A DNA stretch of 41,713 nucleotides from Caecitellus pseudoparvulus (GCA_965644315.1 CBFFRQ010000213.1:1-41713); one strand, 5' to 3'. Shown: positions 11,092 through 23,281, counted from the stretch's first letter. Numbers and translations are program-made. The notes: generated by a model not told the origin, from the letters alone.

Positions 11092-11922
11092 TTAATGAAT
11101 TTCAGTACCATAACCTCATCAATAAATGAAAAGATATACAAAAATTCATACAACATCAACAAAATGTCAATATCATATAGCATTTTCTAAACCTATATGA
11201 TGTTTTTTAGTAAAATGATGTTTAATTAAACGATCTAAACATACTATTAAAAATAAAGTACCGATTAAAACATGAGAACCATGTAATCCAGTAGTCATAT
11301 AAAATACTGAACCATAAACACTATCAGAAATATTAAATGGAGCTTGAGTATACTCTACACCTTGTAAAAAAGTAAAGAATGCTGCTAAAATAATAGTAAA
11401 TAATAAACTATTTATAGTTTGTTTTCTATAACCAGCTAATAAACTATAATGAGCTCAAGTTACAAAAGCACCTGAATTTAATAAAACAAAAGTATTTAAT
11501 AAAGGTACATGAAATGGATTTAAAGCTTCAATACCTTTAGGAGGTCAAATAGCACCTAATTCAGGAGTAGGGTTTAAACTTGAATGAAAAAAAGCTCAAA
11601 AAAATGCAAAAAATAACATTGCTTCTGAAGCTATAAATAAAATCATACCCATTTTTAAACCTTGACGTACATAAAAAGTATGTTGTCCTTCAAAAGTACT
11701 TTCACGAATAACATCACGTCATCAAAAGATAGCTGATGCTAATAATAAAACAAATCCTAGTTGCATTACACTAGAACCTTTATCATAAAAATGAACGGTC
11801 ATTACTAAACCTACAACGGTTGCAAAAGCTCCAAATGCTGTAAAAAAAGGTCATGGGCTTGGGTCAACTATATGAAAAGGGTGTTTTAAATATCTATTTA
11901 AAAAAGAAGTTTTATTAGTCAT
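11092..11922 (-). CDS. cox3: cytochrome c oxidase subunit 3 (276 aa)
   Basis: [28 protein letters not shown] and WYWHFVDVVW motifs; absent from the ORF track because of many TGA codons. Confidence 0.98.
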
Positions 11923-11949
11923 AATATTTTATATTATTAAAAATTAATA

Positions 11950-12022
11950 AGGTTAGGAGCGGAATTGAACCGCTATCAAAAGATTTGCAATCTTCCGCAT
12001 TAGCCAATTATGCTACATAACC
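11950..12022 (-). tRNA. trnC: tRNA-Cys (GCA)
   Basis: Cloverleaf, anticodon GCA, U73; one acceptor mismatch (U6:C67). Confidence 0.93.
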
Positions 12023-12035
12023 AAAAAATAAAGTT

Positions 12036-12188
12036 TTAATTAATTTTATTAATTTTATTTTTTTTTATTTTTCAATTTAAATTTAAATTATAAGAAGTTT
12101 GTAAAAAAAAAGTTTTTTTTTTTATTCTTCAATTTTTATAAAAAGTTGAACCATCACGTTGTATTATTAAAGAATTAAAACGTTTCAT
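12036..12188 (-). CDS. rpl31: probable ribosomal protein L31 (50 aa)
   Basis: MKRFNSLIIQRDGSTF...NLNW: short basic ORF with the DGS-x-F motif and a distal Trp, as in organellar L31. Confidence 0.6.
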
Positions 12189-12194
12189 ATTATA

Positions 12195-13514
12195 TTAATT
12201 TTTACGTATTAAAGGAAATGTTTCATTATAACGAGTTTTTAATAAACTTAATAATAACATAGTATATGAATTATTACAAAATGAATCAGTTAAATAATAA
12301 TTTTTAATACTATTATTATAATTAAAAAAATAAAAACGAGAAGATGTTTTAGCTTTATTTATAAATCATCAAAAATTAAAAAATTTCTTATTAATATTTT
12401 TATCAAAATAATTATTTAATAAAGTAGAATCAAATAAATTTTCAAAATTTAAGGTTTTATTGAATTGTTTTGAAATTCAATTTTTATTTAAATTTTTTTT
12501 ATTTTTATAAATATATAAATTGTTAATACTATTAAATAAATTATTATTTAAAAAATTTAATAAAAATTTTTCAGTAGCTAAATTTGATAAATTTTTTTTA
12601 ATGTTTGATTGTTTATATATTATTTTAGGACTTTTTAATAATACTCCAGAAAAATTATAAATTAAAGAATTTTTTTCATAATTATTAATAATATTAATAT
12701 ATTTTTTTTTATTTAAAATATTTAATTTTTTTGAGGTATTAGTTTTTTTTGTATTAAAATAATTAAAAATAAAAGAATTAGTAATTTTTAAATTATTTAT
12801 AGGTTCTATAGTATTATTTTGTAAATAAATAACATCTTGTTTTAAATTTATTTTATTAATTAAACCATAATTATTTAAATTATTACTAGTTTGAAATAAA
12901 TTAAATTCGTTATTTATTAATGAAGTTAAATTTGCTGATAATAATAAAAAAGCATTTTTTGAATTATTAAAATTATATAATTTTAAATTTAAAAATTGAT
13001 TTTGAAAGGTAGCATTATTTTTATATTTATTATTTATCATATTTGCTCCAAAAATAGTTAAATTTTTTTTATTTTTAAAAAAAGTTTTTAAAAATTTTGC
13101 TTTTCCTTGAAAAATATTAACCATATATTTATTAGATGAACTTAAAGTTTTATTACGAAAAGTAAGATTATTAAATGAATTTATACTGTATATATTTACA
13201 GGTGATTCATTTGCCATATTACGTAAATTTAAATGAATACTACTATTTTCATAACGAGGATTAGTACCAATCATTAAAATATTATCAAAAAACTTAATTT
13301 CATTAGTTACAAAATTAGAACGATAAAAACATGGTAAATCATTATAAAAAAATTCACCATCATTTTCATATAAAAAACTTAAATTATTTTTATTAGTATT
13401 TGAAAAATAATTATATATTGATAATAGATTAGTTAAATCATTATTTCAACCTAAATTTATTAATTGATTTTGTTGGCATTCTGTTTGAAGTTGTTTATAT
13501 AAATGTTTTTTCAT
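12195..13514 (-). CDS. nad11b: NADH dehydrogenase subunit 11, C-terminal (molybdopterin-fold) part, divergent (439 aa)
   Basis: IGTNPRYE....LNLR, YEK...YNFSG and C-terminal NYYLTDSFCNNSYTM, matching the Nad11/NuoG C-terminus. Confidence 0.85.
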
Positions 13515-13527
13515 TATTATAAAAAAT

Positions 13528-13601
13528 TGAACGTATCAGGGTTCGAACCTGAGGCCTGCGGATTAAAAGTCCGATGCTCTAGCCAACTGAGCTATACATC
13601 C
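13528..13601 (-). tRNA. trnK: tRNA-Lys (UUU)
   Basis: Cloverleaf with anticodon TTT. Confidence 0.95.
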
Positions 13602-13615
13602 TTTTTAAATATATT

Positions 13616-15220
13616 TTAATCTAATTGTAATTTTATATGTTCAATAATATTTAAACATTCAAAATGTAAATTATCAAAAATTATTGATGGTTGTAATCCC
13701 ATTAAAAATAAGAAATATAATAAAACTACAAAAATATAAAATTCATTTCGAGTAAGATCACTATAATTTTTTAAAGTTAAATTACGAAGATTTCCAAAAC
13801 TTATACGATTAAAAGTTCATAAACTATAAATAGCTCCTAAAACCATACTAGTTGACGCTAAAAAAACTAAAGTACTTGTATAATTAAACATCCCCATAAA
13901 TAATACAAATTCTCCTACAAAACTACTTGTTCCTGGAAAACTAATATTACCCATAAAAAATATTAAAAACATTACACATAATAAAGGATTTGTTTGCATT
14001 AAACCTCCAAAATATTTTAATGAACGTACTTTATAACGTTTATATAAAGCACCTACACAAAAAAAAAGTGCTCCAGAAACAATACCGTGACTTAACATTT
14101 GAAAAATAGCTCCTTCTAAATTTTCAACATTTAATAAAATAATACCTAATAAAACAACATTCATATGACCTACAGATGAATATGCAATTATTTTTTTTAG
14201 ATCAATTTGACGAATAGCTATCATACTTGTATATATAATACTTATAATAGCAAGTAAACTTACAAATGCATTAAAATTTATAGTCCCGTAAGGAAATAAA
14301 ACCATACCAAAACGTATAAGACCATATGTACCTAATTTCAATAATAAAGCTGCTAATAAAACAGAACCTATTGTAGGAGCTTCAACATGAGCTTCAGGTA
14401 ATCAAATGTGTAATGGAAAAGTTGGTATTTTAGCTGCAAATGCTAAAAAAAAAAATAATCATAATCAAAATTGATCAGTTTTTGAAAAATTTATAGTATT
14501 CAAAATATAATAAAAACTTGTACCTGTTTTATTATATAAATACATTATAGTAAAAAACATAAAAATAGATCCAAATAAAGTATATACTGATATTAAATAA
14601 CTTGCACGTACTTTACGTTCACGAGAACCTAATAACAATACTATAAAAAAAATTGGAATTAAAGTACTTTCAAAAAATATAAAGAAACCAAAAATATCAG
14701 TTGTTGTAAAAGCTAAAATTAAACCTCATTGTAAAAAAATTAAAAAAAATAAAGTTTCTTTAAAAAATTCTTGATCTTTTGATAAACTTATTATACATAA
14801 ATAAGTAAATAAATTTGTTAAAAATAAAAAGAAAAAAGATAATCAATCTATTTTCAATGAAATTAAAATAGGTATTTGATTTGTAAAAAAAGGTAACAAA
14901 AAATACATATCATAAGTATTATAAGATGTGTTAGTAATATCTAAATTTAAAGAATCATATAAAAGTACTCAAAGTATTATAGATAAAATAAATTGACATT
15001 GACTTAAATCACCTATATATTTATGTAATAATGGATATGTTTGTTTATTATTAAATATTAAAAAGCTTAATATTTGAAATAATAATAATATTACAAAAAT
15101 AAAAAATAAATTTATTGGTAAATTATAAGTAAAATAAAAAACCATAAATAAAAAAAAAGTTATAAAAACAAAATATTGTTTTAATATATTAGAAAATGAA
15201 AAATTTAATAAAAATGACAT
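13616..15220 (-). CDS. nad4: NADH dehydrogenase subunit 4 (534 aa)
   Basis: FFESTLIP, PLHIWLPEAHVEAPT, QIDLKKIIAYSSVGHM and PGTSSFVGE motifs. Confidence 0.97.
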
Positions 15221-15299
15221 TTTAAATAAATAAATTCGTAAACAAAAATCGAAATTAATCGAATAAAAAATAAAATATATATATATTAGTTTATATATT

Positions 15300-15565
15300 A
15301 AATTTATAAATCATTAGTACTTTATAACCAAAATATTACTATTTTTTAATTTAAAGCCTATCAACGTACTAGTCTTGTACAATAAAAAAAATAAATCTTG
15401 AAAAAAGTTTCTTACTTATATGCTTTCAGTAATTATCTTATCCTAACGTAGCTTACCAACAATGCTTTTTTAAAACAATTGATCCACCATAGGTTAGTCC
15501 AGCTTGGTCCTCTCGTACTAAAGCCAGATTTTCTCAATTTTTATAAAGATGGTAGATAGGGACCA

Positions 15566-15603
<38 letters not shown>

Positions 15604-15713
15604 TTTTAATAGGCGAACAGCCTAACCCTTGGAACCTTTTACAGCTCCAGGAAATGATGAGCCGACATCGAGGTGCCAAACGATTCCGTCGATTTGAACT
15701 CTTAAGAATCATT

Positions 15714-15754
<41 letters not shown>

Positions 15755-16188
15755 ACTTTTCCATATAATGTCACCGGATCACTATGACAAACTTTCGTTC
15801 CTACTCGATTTGTTTATCTTGTAGTCAGGCAAATTTATGCCATTGCGCTCTGCAGTTTAATTTTAATAAAACTTGAATTTACCTTTTGTACTCCCCCGTT
15901 ACTTTTTAGGAGGAGACCGCCCCAGTCAAACTACCAATAATATACTGTCTCAATGATTAGTTAAACAAAAAATTAAGAGTGGTATTTCACTGATGCTTAA
16001 ATTTTTAAACTTAATTAAAAACTATAATAAGCTCCCACCTATTCTATACATAATTTTTTCTTTAACAATATAATAATGTAGTCAAGGTGCACGGGGTCTT
16101 TCCGTCTAGCCATCTTGTGTTCGCATCTTCACGAACAATTTAATTTCATCGAAGTTATGTTAGAGACAGTGGGGAAGTCGTTACACCT

Positions 16189-16242
<54 letters not shown>

Positions 16243-17945
16243 GAGTTACAGCCGCCGTTTACTGGGGATTAAATTCAATGCTTACACATATCCTCTTAAC
16301 CTTACAGCACTGGGCAGGTGTCAGACCCTATACATCATTTTACAATTTTGCAGAGTCTTGTGTTTTTGTTAAACAGTCGCTACCCCCTCTTTATTGAAAT
16401 CTCAAACTATTTAAAGCGAGATACTCCTTATTCCGAAGTTACAGAGTCAATTTGCCGAGTTCCTTTAACATAATTCATTCAACGCCTTAGTATTTTCTAC
16501 CAGTCTACCTGTGTCGGTTTAAGTACGTTTTTTTTTTATTCTAAAACAAAAAATTTTTCCAGCAAAGAAATTTTAATTTTTAAAATATATTTAAATTTAT
16601 TAAAATTAAACCTTGATTTTTGTAATTTAAAAAAACCCATTAATAAAAATTTTCATTTTTAATCTTAGGGGACGTTTTACTTATAGGAAGTTTATCTTTA
16701 CCTCAAAAACCTTAGACTTTCGGCGACAATGTTTATTATCATTGTTTATAATTACTCATGTTAACATTTTTAAATTTGATTTAATATAAAAATTTTTCAA
16801 CTTTTATATTATTTTAAACAAATCATTTTGCTACCATTTATATTTTAATATAAATTCGTGAATTCGGTTTACAGTATAGTCCCTATACATTATAAGACAA
16901 ATATTATTAGGTTAATGAGCTTTTACGCACTCTTTAAAGGATAGCTGCCTCCAAGCTTACCTATTAACTGTCATTACAATATTTCATCCTTTACCACTTA
17001 ACATTAATTAAGGACCTTATTCTACAATCTGGGCTGTTTCCCTTTTGACCATGGATCTTCGCACCCATAGTCTGTTTGCTCTAATAAAAGTTTGGCACAT
17101 TCAGAGTTTTTCTAAACTCAGTAAGATTTTCATCCCCCTTGCTTAAAAAGTGCTTTACCTTACCAAATAATCTTAGAACACTTTACTAAAATAAATTTCG
17201 CAAAAAACCAGCTATATCCAAGTTTGATTAGCCTTTCACTCCTAATCACAAATCACCTCAGTATTTTTCCACATACACGAGTTCGGTCTTCCAAAGTTAT
17301 TATCTAACGTATTTCAACCTGTTCATGATTAGATCACCTGGTTTCGGGTATAATTCTATTAACTTAAAAAAACTTTTTTAAAATTTGATTTCTCTACGCC
17401 TTTAATATTAAGCTTGCTAATAAAATTAACTCGTTAACCCCTTATGCAAAAGGTACAACGTAACATTTTAAAATGCACCGTTTATTTATAAATATAAAAA
17501 TTCAGAAGTTTTTCAAACACCTTGTAGGGCCTTTTTCACCTTTCCCTTACGGTACTTTTTCGCTATCGATTCTTAAAAATTATTTAGACTTAGGAAATGG
17601 TCTTCCTATTTTCAAGTAAAATTTCACGTGTTTTACTTTACTTTATTTTATATAAAATATTAAAATAAAAGCCATTACAGGACTTATAACCTATTGTATT
17701 CATAGCTTTTTTATTAATATAACATATAAACTGTCTTTTTTGTGTTCGCTCGCCACTACTAACAAAATCTCTATTGATTTCTTTTTTTTAGTTACTAAGA
17801 TGTTTCAATTCACTAAAATTTTAAAACTTTAATTTAAATAAGTTTCCTTTCAGAGATATTTATGAATCATCATTAAATTCATCATAACTTTTCGTTTTTT
17901 TTACGTCTCTTTTTTTAAGATCTAGGCATCCCTTTTATATTTAAA
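15300..17945 (-). rRNA. rnl: large subunit rRNA (ends approximate, no introns)
   Basis: Peptidyl-transferase and sarcin-ricin loop sequences (e.g. GAGCTGGGTTCAGAACGTCGTGAGACAG, AGTACGAGAGGACC). Confidence 0.97.
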
Positions 17946-17957
17946 AATTTAATATAA

Positions 17958-18030
17958 CTCTCTAAACTGGACTTGAACCAGTGGCACGATGGTTAACAGC
18001 CAACTGCTCTACCGACTGAGCTATTAGAGA
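17958..18030 (-). tRNA. trnN: tRNA-Asn (GUU)
   Basis: Cloverleaf with anticodon GTT. Confidence 0.95.
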
Positions 18031-18042
18031 TTTTTAATTAAA

Positions 18043-18123
18043 TACCAAAGGAGGGACTTGAACCCTCACCTTTCAAAGAATAGAATCTAAACCTATCGTG
18101 TCTACCAATTTCACCACTTTGGT
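18043..18123 (-). tRNA. trnL: tRNA-Leu (UAG)
   Basis: Cloverleaf with long variable arm and anticodon TAG. Confidence 0.95.
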
Positions 18124-18142
18124 TTATTAAAATTGATTTAAA

Positions 18143-18640
18143 TTATTTTTTAAATTTTAATCCACCTAAAATTTTAAATTGGTTTTTAGTATTATTAATA
18201 AATAACATTATTAAATTGATTAATTGTATATCTAATTTTAATAAATTGATTTTTTGTCATTTATAAAATTTTTGATTAATAAAAAAACCTACTATTATTA
18301 AATTTTTTAAATTTTTTATAATAAGTTTTAATTGATTTTGATTTTTATTATTTTTAATTTTTTCATATAATAATATAATATTCCCTTCAAAAATATTAAT
18401 AAAATGATTGTTTGATTTAAATACATTACGTATTAATTTATTTGAAGGTGAATAACTCGAAATATTAAAATCTTTTAATATTTTATTAATTTTTAATCTT
18501 TGATTAGAATCAAAAAATTCAAAAATTACTATAAAATTTAAATTTGAGTTAATAAGAATATTTTTTAAAATAATTTGTTCATTTATTAATTTATTTTTTT
18601 TTATAAATTGTTTTAATTGAATAACGTTTTGTGATGACAT
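18143..18640 (-). CDS. rpl10: probable ribosomal protein L10 (165 aa)
   Basis: Pattern ..SNKLIRNVF....F.NIFEGNIILLY....LIIVGFFINQKFY parallels the L10 KN.L / F.G...L / GG...G layout; size is appropriate. Confidence 0.6.
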
Positions 18641-18661
18641 TAATAAAAATTATTTATAAAG

Positions 18662-18744
18662 CGGAAAAGACAGGATTTGAACCTGCATGTCAAAACTGAC
18701 GCTAACTTAGCAAGTTAGTGCTTTAACCCTTCAGCCACCTTTCC
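18662..18744 (-). tRNA. trnS: tRNA-Ser (GCU)
   Basis: Cloverleaf with long variable arm and anticodon GCT. Confidence 0.95.
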
Positions 18745-18784
18745 ATAAATTAAATAAAATTTTGGATAATTTAGTAAATATCAA

Positions 18785-18885
18785 ATAAAATAATAATTTC
18801 TATATTAATAATAATATATTAATTATATAAATAAAAAAAAAGAGTTCGGAATGTTCTCTTTATTATATAATAAATGTTTTCTCGC
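18785..18885 (-). rRNA. rrn5: candidate divergent AT-rich 5S rRNA (ends uncertain)
   Basis: Minus strand AAAGAG-AACATTCCGAA-CTCTTT gives helix III plus the 5S loop C motif (CAUUCCGAAC); flanked by complementary ATTATATAA/TTATATAAT (helix II) and followed by a TATATT/AATATA-GAA hairpin. Confidence 0.6.
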
Positions 18886-18911
18886 ATTAATTTAAATACA
18901 ACGCAATAAAC

Positions 18912-18985
18912 CGGAAAAAACGGGACTTGAACCCGCAACTTTCAGATTGACAATCTGACGCTCTAACCAATTGAACTATTTCTCC
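18912..18985 (-). tRNA. trnD: tRNA-Asp (GUC)
   Basis: Cloverleaf with anticodon GTC. Confidence 0.95.
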
Positions 18986-19010
18986 TTATATAAATATTTT
19001 AATTTATAAA

Positions 19011-22000
19011 CTATTTTTTTGAATTATATCAATTTCAAATTAAATAAGATATATATAAACAAATTAATGTTATTGAAGCATCTTTTAATCATCGATAAGT
19101 TTCATTAGGAAAAGTAATTTCGTCTCAATATTGTCTAAAAATTAAATAACGACCATAAGTTCAGTAACCAAAATCATTTTTAGGTAAATCTGAATGTCAA
19201 TGATCTTCATTATTACCTTCAAAATTTATTAAATCTACTGATAATTGTTGTATATCTAAAATTTTAGAAGTTAAAAAAGCTTCTTGAAAAATTACTAATA
19301 AATTTTGATTTACAAAAAAAATAAAAAAAATTAAAATAAAAATAAATAATGATGCAAAAAATAAAACATTTGGTTTTACAAAATTTGTAAAAAAATCAAA
19401 ACTTATATTATCAAATTGAATTATTTTTATTAAACGTAAATAATAAAATAAACTTAAAATAGTAAATAATAATACTAAAAAAACTAAAGCATTACGTTCA
19501 GTTGATTCTAATCCTATTAAAATATTTAATTTAATAAAAAAACCAGCAAAAGGTGGAATTCCTGCCATAGAAAAAATTACTAAAGAAAATATAAATTGAA
19601 TAGGTCATGATTTATTTAAAATTGAATTTAAATTTGTTAAAAATTTTGTATCATTTCTTATATAAGATATAAAAAATCAAATTATTAATGAACTTAAATT
19701 ATAAACAAAAAGATATAAAAAAATATATCCATATGCTTGTAAATTTGGAAAAAAAGAAAATGCTAAAAATAAAAAACCTACATCTATCATTGAACTATAA
19801 ACAAAAAATTTTTTAATAAATTTTTCATTAATTGCACTAAATGAACCTATAATTATTGATAATAAACCTAAAATTAAAAAAATATAAATTCAAGTTTCAC
19901 GTAAAAATCCTAAATAAACATCAAATAAATTAATAGCAAATAAAAATAATACTAATTTAGTAAAAATACTTAAAAAAATTACTGAACTTAAAGTACCTTC
20001 ATTATATATAGTAGGAGCTCAAATATGAAAAGGCGCTGCAGTAACTTTAAATGAAAAATTTATTATTAAAAAAACTAAAATTAATATTATTGAAATTATA
20101 AAATAACTTAAAAAGGTAAAATTTGATTCATTAAAAAATAAATCAGAATTATTAAATAAATTTTGATATAAAGGATTATTTGTTAAAAAATTATTAAAAT
20201 TAAAATTTGTTAAAAACGATTCTTTGTTTTTATCAAAAATACTAGTTGATAAAAAAAATAAAGGAAAAATAGCATATTTAATATTTGTATTATTTTTAAT
20301 TTCTGGTATTAAATTATTAAATGTTTCAAAAATATTTCCATTTAAAGGTGATACAATAAAAGTTTGATTTTTAAAAAATTCTTCTAATAGAATAGATTCT
20401 CCGTAATTTATATAATTTAACATAATAGTTGGATTGTAATCATATAATAAATTTTCATTATAATTTAATAAAGTTTCAGTAATTAAAATTTTTTCAATAT
20501 TTATATGATCGTGATTTGATAAACTATTATTATTGAAAATAAACTCATTATTTAAAATATTTGTACTTTTTTTTAACCCTAAATTTATATAATAACTTTC
20601 TTCAATAAATTTAAATTCATTTAATCATAAATTTTTATTTAATAATCAATTTAACTCAGTAGAAGTATTATTATTTAAAAATGCATAAACATTATTAAAA
20701 ATAAATGACGAAACTCAATTTGAAATTTCTACTGATTTTTCAGAAATATTTTTAATTTCAAAAGAATTTATAAATTTATCAAAAATATTATTAACATAAA
20801 TTTCATGTATATTATGTAAATAAGGTTTTATATTTCATAATTTGTTAATTTGTAATTCACTTAAAAAAATATTATTATTATTAAAAAAGTTATCATCAAA
20901 ATTAATAAAAATATTATTTAGTTTTAAAAAATTATTATTTTGAGTAAAAAATAAATTTTCAAAATTAATATTATTTAATAAAGTAAAATTTATTGTTAAT
21001 GATTCTTTTAATAAATTTTGTAAATGTTTAGATGATAAGGTTTCGATTTTAAATAAATTTAAATTTTTTTGATTTAATAAACTTCATAAATTTAATAATT
21101 CGTTTGAATAAAATGATTCAATATCTGTATATATTAAATGAGAATTAAATAAATAAGTTTTATAATCATCTAAAGTTAACTTAGTTTCATTTAATTGAAT
21201 TAATGATTTAATATTTAATAAACGTTCTATTTCTAAATTATGAAAATTTTCATTAAACTTAAAAAAATCAGTACTTAATAAATTAATATTAGTATTTATA
21301 TTATATATAAAATCATTTGTTAAAATTTTATTATAAATTAATTTCTTTAATATATTATTAGACTCAAATTCAATTAATAAAAAATTATTAATAAATTTGT
21401 TATTAGTTGTTTTAAAAAAAGAAATTTCATTTAAATATGTTGAACAATCTAAATTTGAATCAATATTATATAATAACTCAGTAAAATTATTAAAAAAAAC
21501 TAAATCACCGTAACCTAAACTTAAAAAACCGTTTACTAATTGATCAGTGATTAAATTATTTATTTCTTTTTCATTTAAGTTTAATGAATTTTGTAAATAA
21601 TTTTTATATTCATTGGATATTATAAAATCTTCTAAATTTAAATTTTTTAAACTATAATCACTCATTAAATTTAATAATTCTAATTGTTTAGTTATTATAA
21701 AATGATCAATGATTACTTGTTCTTTTAAATTAATAAAATTATTAAAACTTAAAAAAACTTCTTTAAAATTATAATTAATTTCAAATAAATATTTTAAATT
21801 TATAAAAACATCATTTAAAATAGTAAAAAATGAATCTATTAATGAAAAATAAAATATATTTGTAATAAAAATATTATCAAATGATTTATTATTTAAAATA
21901 TTAATTCATTCAGAATTATTATAAATATTATAAGTTAACATATTTTGATTTGAATTAGTATTTAAAATTTCAAAAAAATCTATATATTTAATATTTAAAT

Positions 22001-23096
22001 TACTTTGAAATAAATTATAAATCATATCTACATCAAAACTAGTAAAATCTTTATACATAAAAATTAAACCTAAAATTAAAAAAACTGATGGAATAGCACT
22101 TATAACTAAATAACGAACACCAGAAATTGCACTTAATTTTCTATAACGTTCAAGACTTATTAAAATATATGAACAAAAACTTATACATTCTAAACAAATA
22201 AAAATTTGAATAAAAGTTTTACTAAAAAATAAAAATATACTTGATAATAAAAATAATCATAATAATCAGCTAAATTCAAAATTTTTATTTTCATTAATAA
22301 AAAATTTATCAATAAAACCTAAAAATAAAAAACTTATAAAAAATAATAAGATTAAAATTAAAATTATAGTAAATGAATTAAAAGTAATTTCATTAAAAAT
22401 ATAATCAATACCTACATTATTTGATGAACCTAAATTAAATAATAAAAAAAATTTTTCAAAATCTTCATTAAAAAAAGATATTAAATTATTTAATTCACTT
22501 AACATAAAATAAATATGATTTATATATCAAAAAGCATTTGTAGTATTATATTGATTTAAAAAAAATAAAGTATTACTATAAAAATCTTGAAATTTATCAA
22601 ATTTTAATGAAATTGAATTATCTTCAACTAAATGTAAAATTTCAATTTTATTATTTAATAAATTAAAATTTTGAGTTTCACTTATAATATCTTTATAATT
22701 TGTATTAGTATCTAATACATTTTGTATAGTATAATAATTAGTATATTCTATACTATTAAAAAAATAAAGATTAAAAATTATAAAAATTCAAGTAATTATA
22801 AAACAAAACGAAATAAAATGTAAAAAATTATTACGTATACTTGAAATTTCAATTGATAATGAAAAAATTATTATAAAAGTAAATAATAATAAAGGCATTA
22901 AAACAAAAAACAATACATTATTTTCAATTGAATTTAAAATATTTTCTTGAAAAAAAATATTAGTTATTTTATCAATTTCATATTTATATTCTCCAAATAA
23001 ATCTAAATGTTCTTTAGTTTTTATTGTAGGATTATCGTAAATGTTATTTAAAAAATTATTATTATTAAATGTAAAACAATTTAATAAAGTAAACAT
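19011..23096 (-). CDS. nad2: NADH dehydrogenase subunit 2, giant (1361 aa) with large in-frame insertions and terminal extensions
   Basis: Five track ORFs share one frame and I found no TAA/TAG in the gaps between them. Motifs: CLECISFCSYIL, SGVRYLVISA, FKVTAAPFHIWAP, SMAGIPPFAGFFIK, YYLRLIK. TAG stop at 19011-19013. Confidence 0.92.
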
Positions 23097-23169
23097 TAGG
23101 TAATATTGGACTCGAACCAATGACTTATTCGTTGTAAGCGAATCACTCTACCAATTGAGTTAATTACCC
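23097..23169 (-). tRNA. trnV: tRNA-Val (UAC)
   Basis: Cloverleaf with anticodon TAC; abuts the nad2 ATG. Confidence 0.95.
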
Positions 23170-23189
23170 TTTTTTTTTTATTTAATATT

Positions 23190-23263
23190 TAAGCCTAAGT
23201 AGATTCGAACTACTCACTTTACGCTTATCAGGCGTACACTCTAAACCCCTGAGTTATAGGCTC
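23190..23263 (-). tRNA. trnI: tRNA-Ile (GAU)
   Basis: Cloverleaf with anticodon GAT. Confidence 0.95.
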
Positions 23264-23281
23264 TTTATTTTTTAAAAATTT

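Noticed and set aside
15221-15300. Possible small RNA (rnpB/ssrA) in the spacer between rnl and nad4
   Set aside because: Only a short TCGA..TCGA hairpin; too short and lacking P4 or tRNA-like motifs.
15518-15755. Two short ORFs (64 and 68 aa)
   Set aside because: They lie within the conserved LSU rRNA and are spurious.
19000-19013. TAG reassignment to a sense codon
   Set aside because: TAG was seen only at the ends of nad2 and nad5, not internally in the frames I checked, and there is no CUA-anticodon tRNA.
20125-22020. Group I/II intron, intein or homing endonuclease inside nad2
   Set aside because: No recognisable intron core, domain V, LAGLIDADG/RT motif or intein termini, and the frame is continuous. 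Not formally excluded without cDNA.
23097-23120. Track start codons upstream of nad2 (23120), nad6 (33284) and rps8 (1317)
   Set aside because: They fall inside trnV, trnR(acg) and rps14 respectively; downstream ATGs are more plausible.
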